Of a stretch of DNA of 64,000 nucleotides, positions 56,387 through 64,000 are shown piece by piece; the first letter of the stretch is position 1, and each line of letters begins with the position of its first letter. Origin of the DNA: a virus (lineage: Duplodnaviria; Caudoviricetes); IMG/VR virus record IMGVR_UViG_3300023256_000002, positions 6,807 to 70,806 of that record; one strand, given 5' to 3'. The notes beneath the pieces are model-generated. The model did no database searches. It was not told where the DNA came from and saw only the letters and a program-made list of their open reading frames with translations. Made by a program: the position numbers and the translations under genes.

Positions 56387-58663
56387 TTATGCACCAAAAG
56401 TTGCCCCAGTGCGAGTAATATTAAAGTCAATTATAATGAATTCGGCAACCCTTGAAGGTTGAATCCATATTTCACCTCTCATAATATTTCTATCAATATC
56501 ATCAGGTGTATTATTTGTATCATCCATTACAACCTTAAATGCATAGAGACCATTTTTAGATTGAATACTTTCCATGTATGGAGTAATCATATTAACCCAT
56601 TTTTGTCTTTCTGAATTTGTATTGTTTTGGAAGTTTAATTGCTTACTTACGTAATTAACATATTCTTTCATTTTAATTAAAAGTCTTCTAACGTTAATTC
56701 TATCAGTTGCACTCGCAAGTGCTTGTAATGTTTTTTGACCTCAAACAACTGTACCAATATTAGGGAATGATGCAATTGGGTTAATTCTTGCTGTATATAA
56801 ATCATCTCTCTCTAAATGTGTAAGTCTTGTTTTCGCTTCAATAACCGAAGTAAGTCCGCCTCTGTTAAGTCCAGCAGGAGCATACCATTCGTATCCAATC
56901 TTGTCATTAAATGCAATAACGCCTGGAATAACCACTGAAGGTGGAACTCAAACGTATCTATTTGTATTTGTATCTACAATTTTTACCCAAGGATAATATG
57001 TTGCCGCATAACTACTGTCAAGTGTTGTTGTTTGCGAAACTGCGTCTGCTACGCCCTGAGTGCTACTGCCGCAATCTATTATAAAGAATGTATCGCCTCT
57101 ATCTTCGCAAATGTTTTTCGCATAATGATAAAGGGTGCTTTGGTCAACTAAGTTAACACCAGGTGCGGCCAATAAATTCATTACGATTTCATCTTTATTT
57201 GATACAGTGTCAAATGCTTTTTTATAAGACATACTTCCCGAAGATGTATGGTCGCTTGTATCAAATCCCATTAATGTTGATGGACTGCCAGATGTGGTAA
57301 GTCTATTTGATGGGTTTTTCCCGTCGAATCCGCCTTGCATTGGAATTGTAAATTGTTTGTAAGATGAATCTGAGGCTAGGGAAACTGGGTCTTCATTTGA
57401 GCCTGAAATTGTATCTTCCAAATGGAAGGGATTATTTCCCCCCACTCAATCATTTGGGATTGCTTTTAAGAATTGTTTGTTATCATCTTCATAATCTGAA
57501 TGAAGATCAACGCCTTTATATATTTTTGCATTTACTGCGTCATTTTCTATTGATGACGTAATATAATGCATTGCTGGTGGGTTTGCTGAAGCTGTAAAAG
57601 GTACGTAAGGTGCGGCAAATCCGAAAGGTACAAGACCCTTTGAAACTCCGCCTCTATCAACTGCCTCTACCATTTTTACACGAATATAAGCACTTTTTGG
57701 CTCATAATCTCCAACCATTCTTAATTTTGTCTCGCCATTTGCATCTGCGGCAAATGTTCCGTATCTATTGCCAATTTTCTTAGCAACATAATTTGTTGCA
57801 AGTGGGTCAATAGAACATTCTGTGAAAGTTTCTAATACTTTCGGTGAGTTATCTGTATCGCTAAGTTTTCTAACTACTACGCCAAATGTTCCGTACTCGG
57901 AAACTCCTGCTACGGCTTGCTTAACATCAAAAATACCTATCTTAATTTCTCCATTTGTGTAATCTCCGTCTGATAATGAATGAAATTGGAATAAATTTTG
58001 TGACGTGTCGTCTACCTTTTGTGAAATGATGTATGGGGTTGTTGCTTCTGAATAACCTTGCTCGTCAAAGTTAAGGCCGTTTGTATTTACCGAAGCCGTT
58101 ATGTCTGTTCCTGTTATTGTTTCAATTGCTTTATCAAATATTGATTGTACATACACCATTTTATCACCTCATGGGCTTGTGCCAAATAAGTTTACAATGT
58201 AATTGGAGTCTGCCGAACTAAGTGATGCTGTATATCCAATTTCTCCATATACTGATGCTGACAATGTAAATTCTAAAGCGCCACTGCTCGATACATCCCC
58301 AAGAGTTATTCCCAATGTGCCATCAGTAGCACTTGTTGGCGCTAAAATACAATATGAAGTGTCCACTTCACTAAACTCGATAGTGTCTGCTTGATAGCCT
58401 TCCTCTCAAAGAACCCTAACAACTTGCACACTTCCTGCATTTTTTAAATATTCTTGAACTGCATATGGTGTATAAAATTTATCATAGGTATTTCCGAATT
58501 TTTGAATGGCTTCGTTTCTACTTGTCAATACGGTTGGATAAAATGCTGGTCCTTTTAAGAAAGGCCCAATTATTACCCCCCCCGCTTCATTGAGTGCTGG
58601 TGGTAAATACGACAAATCATTTTCGTTTATAAATACACCAGGACTTACTATTCTTTCTGACAT
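56387..58663 (-). CDS. Contractile tail sheath protein (code 4, 758 aa)
   Basis: MSERIVSPGV, YPWV, YV[W]VPPS, WYAPAGLNRG, INPIA, VV[W]GQKTL, RINVRRL, IQP; 5 TGA join six fragments. Confidence 0.93.
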
Positions 58664-58688
58664 TTTTTTTCTCCTCTTTTTGTTTTTT

Positions 58689-59000
58689 TTATAACTTCTT
58701 TGCTAAACCAAGAAGTTCTTTATTATATTGTTTATAATTTTTAATTTTACCATTTCTAATGTCTTTTTGAAAATCTGAAATTACTGCTAAAAATTTTTCT
58801 TTATCTTCTTGTTCTAAACTTTCCGCTTTCTTTTTCATAGTCTCGCCAACATTGTTGGCCATTTTATCACGGCCTTCTTTTGTTTGAAGTAATTTAGTAA
58901 TTAATTGCCCAGCTATTAACTCAAGCAACCCTTCATTTAGTGTATTCACCTTTACTTCTTTTTTAATCATTTCTCTAATTTCTGATTTCTTCATTTTCAA
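58689..59000 (-). CDS. Hypothetical protein with KKSEIR N-terminal motif
   Basis: AGGAG RBS; 103 aa. Confidence 0.55.
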   Translation of the reverse strand: MKMKKSEIREMIKKEVKVNTLNEGLLELIAGQLITKLLQTKEGRDKMANNVGETMKKKAESLEQEDKEKFLAVISDFQKDIRNGKIKNYKQYNKELLGLAKKL

Positions 59001-59119
59001 ATGTCTCCTATTTTTGTTTTTTTTAAAAAACTTTTTATCGTGTTTTTAATAAAAATATTCTTTTATATAAATATCTCTTTCAAACACGTAACTGCATATT
59101 TTCTTTGCATATTGAGTAG

Positions 59120-59374
59120 TTATTCAGTATTTTTTTCGAATTCCCAAGTAGTAGGGTTTAATTGACCTTCGCCGTATTTTTTCAAAAATGTTTCTGCGAT
59201 TTCTTTTTCTTTTTCTTTTAATTTTGCATATTCATCTAATAAAACTTTTTTCTGTGTGTTCATATCAACTATTCGTAACTCTAATTGCCCAAGAGTTAAT
59301 GCAACTTGTTGAAAATCTGTCCTAAGTTTTTGAATTAATTTGATGTCCTCTTCTTTAATTTTTTCGTTTGTCAT
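59120..59374 (-). CDS. Conserved coiled-coil phage protein
   Basis: LGQLEL...KYGEGQLN. Confidence 0.65.
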   Translation of the reverse strand: MTNEKIKEEDIKLIQKLRTDFQQVALTLGQLELRIVDMNTQKKVLLDEYAKLKEKEKEIAETFLKKYGEGQLNPTTWEFEKNTE

Positions 59375-59516
59375 TGTAAGCTCCTTTTTATTTTGTTATT
59401 ATTCTTATTTCCTAAAAATTTTTTGTTTTTTGACTTGTGATTCCATATATAATTTATGATATATGGAATAAATTATTCTAATTTTTACAATTATAGTAAA
59501 AAAAAATATTAAAACT

Positions 59517-59765
59517 TTACTCATCATATAATGAATCAACCTCAATTTCTTCTATCGCTTTTTTGCCATCATCTATACTTACAATGCCAGCTTTAGCATC
59601 AACTTCAAACAATCTTATATCATACTTTTTATAAATAAAACCTAATGCTTTGGTTAATGTGTCACCAACAATTATTTCAGGAAAAACGTGCTCTGAAACA
59701 CCAACATCCGAAGTCTCTGCTCACCTATCGCCAGGTGGAATTCTTTTTAATACTTGTTTTTTCAT
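59517..59765 (-). CDS. Hypothetical protein (code 4, 82 aa)
   Basis: AGGTG RBS; KRIPPGDR[TGA]. Confidence 0.55.
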
Positions 59766-59774
59766 TTTATCACC

Positions 59775-59948
59775 TTATTTCAAATATTCCATAACAGCGT
59801 CAATTGATTTTAGAAATGCTTTGTTTTGAAGTGGCATTATATCTTTTGTCTTGGCAGTTGAATTATGCTTAAATCTTATATCATTTTCTGCTTGTTCAAT
59901 TTTTGATTCTTCAATAAGTTTATGAATTTGTTCTTTTGTAATTTTCAT
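59775..59948 (-). CDS. Small hypothetical protein (57 aa)
   Basis: AAGGTG RBS; MKITKEQIHKLIEES. Confidence 0.5.
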   Translation of the reverse strand: MKITKEQIHKLIEESKIEQAENDIRFKHNSTAKTKDIMPLQNKAFLKSIDAVMEYLK

Positions 59949-60035
59949 TTTATCACCTTATATAAAATATTCCATAACTTAATAATATATATGTTGGTAT
60001 AGAACGAAAGTATATATTATTTTAATATTTATAAT

Positions 60036-60929
60036 TTATTTTTTAACAATCAATATTTCGTGTGATTGTTTTGGATTGTTGTTTGTTTTATTTTTACCAA
60101 TTCTTGTTTCTCCTTGCCCGTATGAATACATCCATTCTGGGTAATAAATATCAAAATCTTCATACCATTCATTAATGTTTTCGCAATTATTATAGCTTAA
60201 TATAAATCCTCCATTATGGTTGTATAGCAAATCTCTTAACTTTTTATGATTAAAGTTATTATGATGTATTGCATAATTGGGATTGGGATACATACCCTTA
60301 AACATTTTGTTATCTTTACTCTCTCCAAGTAAATACGGAGGGTCTAAATATAAGAAATCATTATTATGTTTCTTTAATACTTTTTCAAAATCTGATTGAT
60401 ATACTGATAGATTTCTACACTTAAAGTTTTTAACTCTATTTATCATTGCCTTATATTTTTTTTCATTATCTTTATATATAGACGACAGCCAACCCATATA
60501 CATTGGGCCATAAGATAGATTGTGATTAAAGTAATAATATGCCGCTCCCTGTATGTCTGTCAATTCTATTGGATTGTCATTGTAATAGGTTGTTTTTAAT
60601 TCTAAAAACAAATTTTGTGATTTACCCCATTTCTTTAGTTTGTCTTTGATTTTATCATACACATCTTTTGTTGGTTTTAATTTATTCAATTCGTTATATA
60701 ACTCAACTGGATTGCTTAATTGTATTTGCCAGAAATTAACTAATATATCAAACACGTCATAGCCTATAACTTTCTTATTTAATTCATTTGCCAAATATAC
60801 TTCTAATGAACCGCCACCAACAAAGGGAGATACAATCGTATCAATATTATTGGGGATATGTTTGATTATATGTTTGATTGCTTTTGACTTACCGCCTGCA
60901 TATCTAATTGTTGTTTTTATTTTAGCCAT
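60036..60929 (-). CDS. D12-class adenine methyltransferase
   Basis: RYAGGKS, SPFVGGGS, YLDPPY. Confidence 0.9.
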   Translation of the reverse strand: MAKIKTTIRYAGGKSKAIKHIIKHIPNNIDTIVSPFVGGGSLEVYLANELNKKVIGYDVFDILVNFWQIQLSNPVELYNELNKLKPTKDVYDKIKDKLKKWGKSQNLFLELKTTYYNDNPIELTDIQGAAYYYFNHNLSYGPMYMGWLSSIYKDNEKKYKAMINRVKNFKCRNLSVYQSDFEKVLKKHNNDFLYLDPPYLLGESKDNKMFKGMYPNPNYAIHHNNFNHKKLRDLLYNHNGGFILSYNNCENINEWYEDFDIYYPEWMYSYGQGETRIGKNKTNNNPKQSHEILIVKK

Positions 60930-60937
60930 TTACTTCC

Positions 60938-61489
60938 CTATATTTTTGTTTTCTTTATTCTATATTCGGCATACAAAATCTCATATCTTGTAGGAAATGT
61001 TTTGTGATTTTCTTGGAAGTTCCATATTGGATATCTACCGATTTTATTTTTATACTCTCTTTTGCAATCATCTTCACATACCATTGGGTCAATAGGAACC
61101 AATTTGTTTATAATAGTAGATAATGATGGAATATTTGCATATGTTTCAGGAACTTGTATTAGATAAATTCCCACTTTGTTTCCTTTTTCTAATTCGTCTT
61201 TAATTAATAATTGCATAATAAATCTATTTGGGCCTGGAGCGCCGCTCATTGAATTTTCATAAAAGTTCATTGTTGCTTTAATACCACCTTTACTTGCTGA
61301 CTTACCTATTTTGGCTATTTTGCCATTAATGGTAAATAAATAAACCCTACCGTTATTATTTGTTAGTATTTCTTTTTCGATTTTGTCGTTTAACTTACAT
61401 TTTATAAAATTTTTAGTTTCATCGTCTCGCAAAACAAACTCACCGACCATTTGTGCCGTTTTAGCATTTTTAATATGAAATTCAGACAT
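60938..61489 (-). CDS. Putative GIY-YIG-family restriction endonuclease
   Basis: RVYLF...KIGKS motif; coupled to the downstream MTase. Confidence 0.55.
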   Translation of the reverse strand: MSEFHIKNAKTAQMVGEFVLRDDETKNFIKCKLNDKIEKEILTNNNGRVYLFTINGKIAKIGKSASKGGIKATMNFYENSMSGAPGPNRFIMQLLIKDELEKGNKVGIYLIQVPETYANIPSLSTIINKLVPIDPMVCEDDCKREYKNKIGRYPIWNFQENHKTFPTRYEILYAEYRIKKTKI

Positions 61490-61518
61490 AAAGCCCCCTT
61501 TATTTAACTTACTATACT

Positions 61519-61546
61519 ACTATAATACGTTATTGGGGTTTGTCAA
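61519..61546 (-). promoter_or_regulatory. sigma70-like promoter for the R-M pair
   Basis: TTGACA (61546-61541)-N16-TATAGT (61524-61519). Confidence 0.6.
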
Positions 61547-61558
61547 ATTATTTCTAAA

Positions 61559-62386
61559 TTATTTTTTAATAGCATTTCTTCTCATCATGCTATTTGAAAT
61601 TTTTTGCTTTGTTTTGGCTGTATGTCTTGGTCTGCCAAATTCTCAATTGGTATTTTTACTAAGATATTCATCTACAAGTTTTTTTGTAATTTTTTTTGTT
61701 TCGCCTGTTTTTGGGTCTCAAACTCATTTCGTTCCATATTGAGAATTTTTGTTCCCAACATGAGCCCCCCTTGCAGAATTTTTCATTTTTTGTTTAGTCT
61801 TTTCCGAATGCGACGTAAAACCACCGTATCCACCTATATTAATATTATATGTATTTCCTTTTTTAATAAAATTTATATTAACTAGTTCAAATTCTTTGTC
61901 ATAGGCTTCTTTTTCAGTTATAAATTCATATAATATTTCTCTTTTGAAATTGCCATTGCCATATTTTTTTATAGCTTTGTTAATTAATTTGCCAGAACCC
62001 ATATATAAATCTGTATTAATATTTTTTGAACCTCTTACCCCAATATAAATTTTGTTATTAATTGTGTTTGTTGTTTTATAAACATAAAAGACAACATCAT
62101 TTGCATTTATCTGATTTTTTCAAGGAATTAATATTGATGCATTAAAATTATAACAATCAATATTATAGTCTATTCTTTTTTTGTTGTTATGTATTATACT
62201 TGATAAGGTTGCACCATTTATAATTCTGCCAACATATCATTTGCCCTCTTTTGATCATTTCTCTATATCTTCTCGTTGAATTAATTTATTTTTTTTACCA
62301 TTTGTAATTCATTTTGTTCCAGTAGTGCCACGCCTTCCGCTAGTTTTTTTGTCTAAGTCTTCATTAAAGTTATTCATTTTATACAT
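61559..62386 (-). CDS. Free-standing GIY-YIG (Seg-like) homing endonuclease (code 4, 275 aa, 7 TGA)
   Basis: YVYKTTN..NNKIYIG, YMGSG...AIKKYG..NFKREIL, YNI..GG; GTK[W]ITNG and [W]EFGR NUMOD-like motifs. Confidence 0.85.
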
Positions 62387-62476
62387 TTAACCCCTTCTCT
62401 AATAAGTATTGAAGAAATTATTTTTTTTGATTTTAATTTAATTTGTTAAATGATTGGTATGTTTGCGTTTACAAAA

Positions 62477-62789
62477 TGGCAGGGAGTGTGGGACTCGAAC
62501 CCACTTTGACTCCTTGGACGGATACGGGTTTGCTTACCACTATAGTTTTCACTACCAATTCTAAAAATTGTTTGTGGTCTGGACTTTCTCTTCATCATAT
62601 TATAAAAAAATAATTTAGATGTTCTCCCGTTAAGTCTCTACACTTTCCTTATATTAAGGCTTAGCTCGGGATTGCCATTTCAAAGGTTTCCCCGAATTTG
62701 AGAGAATTCAATATACACATTTCTATGTATACGCTCCAATTTGTTATATAGCTAAAGCCCGCCGTAATCACCTACTATACCAACTCCCT
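62477..62789 (-). tRNA. Intron-split tRNA, spliced anticodon UCA (UGA-decoding, probably Trp)
   Basis: Exon 1 62789-62755 AGGGAGT TG GTAT AGTAGGTGA TTAC G GCGGG CTT; exon 2 62532-62477 CAAA CCCGT var(19 nt) GTGGG TTCGAGT CCCAC ACTCCCT G CCA; 7/5 cloverleaf, A1-U72, G73, encoded CCA. Confidence 0.85.
62533..62754 (-). ncRNA. Group I intron (IC3-like), 222 nt, no ORF
   Basis: AAATTCGGGGAAACC (P), GGCAATCCCGAGC (Q), GTAGAGACTTAACGGG (R), AAGAGAAAGTCC (S); terminal G; IGS UUGGAGC forms P1 (U.G at the splice site) and P10. Confidence 0.88.
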
Positions 62790-62897
62790 ACATTATAAAA
62801 TTTTTAATTCATTCTAATTGCTTTTTCTTTATGATTTCTATTTCATTCTACGTCTATATATATATGCAAAAATCTAAAAGCATCAATAATAATTACA

Positions 62898-63245
62898 TTA
62901 CATGAAAGTTTTATAATCTTTAATAAATTTATTCATTACAGACAAATGCCATTTAACTTCATCAAGCTTTTTAACTGATTCGTTATGATGTTCCATAATC
63001 CACATTACATGTGTTGCTTTGTTAAATATCTTACCCTCGAATTTCTCAGCAGGATAGTAACCATTTTCTTTAGATATTTTGTCAATTTCGTCTTGTGATA
63101 TACTCAACTCTTTCATTGTATTGTTAAATAAATTTTCCATAAAATTAAATGTTTCGTTAATATTTTCAATATGTTCGTCATTTAATTTTTCATCAATCAT
63201 TTCTTCAATTAATTCTTCAATATCAATCATTTCTTCATCTTTCAT
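62898..63245 (-). CDS. Hypothetical protein
   Basis: 115 aa, GGAG RBS, acidic N-terminus. Confidence 0.5.
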   Translation of the reverse strand: MKDEEMIDIEELIEEMIDEKLNDEHIENINETFNFMENLFNNTMKELSISQDEIDKISKENGYYPAEKFEGKIFNKATHVMWIMEHHNESVKKLDEVKWHLSVMNKFIKDYKTFM

Positions 63246-63313
63246 TTACTCTCCAATCCTTTTTGTTTCACTTGTTTATAAGTAGTTGGATTTTACTTCA
63301 AAGCTAATTTTTT

Positions 63314-64000
63314 TTACTTAACAATAAAATATGTATCTAGATTAACTTCTGATAATACATTCCCTGGATTAAATTGAATACGCCCTGTATCATACGAAAT
63401 ACCAAGTGCATTTATTCATTGCCCTTCTTCGGCTGGTTTTGTTTGCGAAATACTGCCAGCAGAAGCACTTAAATAAAGTGCGCCGCCAATAGTAAAATTT
63501 CAATCATCATTTCTAACATATCCAGATCTAAGTATCGTTGGCGTATTGCCTAATAATGCACTAACAACAACCATTCCAAATACAAATGATGTTGCCGAAC
63601 TACTGGCATTTGCCTTAGCAAGTTCGCCGCTTGCACTAACAAATACAACATCGCCAAAATTTACAGCTATAGCGGTTGGCAAATTGCTCGTTACTAACCC
63701 AGAATAGGTGTAATTTCCAGACATTAATTGAGAATTTTCATTATAAATTTCTGTATCGCCGGCATTTTCTGCATAAGATGCCGTAACTGCATAACTTGCC
63801 GTTCCTGCTAAGTCTCCAGAAAAGGCACTAGCCGTTACAGAACCACTTAACGTTAAATTACCTAATCAATCTAAAGTTAAAGCATTTGCTCTTAAAACAT
63901 TACTAGTTCCATTACCAATTATATATGCATAATCTGTATTTACAAAAGAACTTGGATTTCCTTGAGATATATTATATCTACCAGCTACATGTTGGCCATA
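63314..64000 (-). CDS. C-terminus of tail-fibre-like virion protein (partial; code 4)
   Basis: GQHVAGRYN, NALTLD[W]LGN, TASYAVTASYA, RNDD[W]NFT..G..LYLS; 3 TGA. Confidence 0.6.

Noticed and set aside
39390-58663. Decayed prophage or pseudogenised tail module
   Set aside because: All interruptions checked are in-frame TGA with no frameshifts or internal TAA/TAG
62745-62789. Ochre suppressor (anticodon TTA) read from unspliced exon 1
   Set aside because: No 3' half follows; P1/P10 pairing and a 7-nt loop give UCA, and TAA is the main stop codon in the window
62477-62789. tRNA-Sec interpretation of the UCA anticodon
   Set aside because: Fold is 7/5 with a 3-bp D-stem, not 8/5 with a 6-bp D-stem; TGA aligns to Trp, not Cys/Sec, and no sel genes are seen
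1741-63285. Numerous short + strand ORFs (60-135 aa) in the track
   Set aside because: They overlap well-supported - strand genes and lack RBS or family motifs
1-64000. TGA = Gly (table 25)
   Set aside because: Recoded positions correspond to conserved Trp in sheath, helicase, RNR, Dam and baseplate proteins

Overview
AT-rich 64-kb segment of a large contractile-tailed (myovirus-like) phage, with almost all genes on the - strand. It uses an alternative genetic code, TGA = Trp (table 4): many fragments in the code-11 ORF track join into full-length proteins through in-frame TGA at conserved Trp positions (tail sheath VV[W]GQKTL, helicase VPV[W]TASQ, RNR NA[W]ATGEPG, baseplate protein L[W]WIIA, Dam-like MIK[W]TGGK). 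Layout: ~0.4-21.7 kb accessory genes with repeated sigma70-like promoters (AAA ATPase, Pth2, pncB, Nudix, phosphoesterase, nadE, dut, pncA, CCA-adding enzyme, MTase, type IIG-like R-M); ~21.8-39 kb replication (intein-containing class II RNR, DHH protein, helicase, 5'-3' exonuclease, RecA/UvsX, SSB, PolA-like); ~39-59 kb tail/baseplate (hub, LysM-like, tube cap, tape measure, chaperone, tube, sheath), interrupted by HNH, R-M and Hef-like inserts; ~60-64 kb a second R-M pair, a GIY-YIG endonuclease, a tRNA and a tail-fibre-like gene. Top finding: the tRNA at 62477-62789 (-) is split inside its anticodon by a 222-nt group I (IC3-like) intron. Splicing, supported by P1 and P10 pairings, creates anticodon UCA, i.e. 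the UGA-decoding tRNA. TGA use is strongly bimodal between genes, so splicing could gate translation of recoded genes (inference). Other candidates: a PncA-PncB-NadE NAD+ rebuilding route, TGA-gated R-M genes, and attC-like hairpins. All translations and counts were done by hand; no database searches were run.
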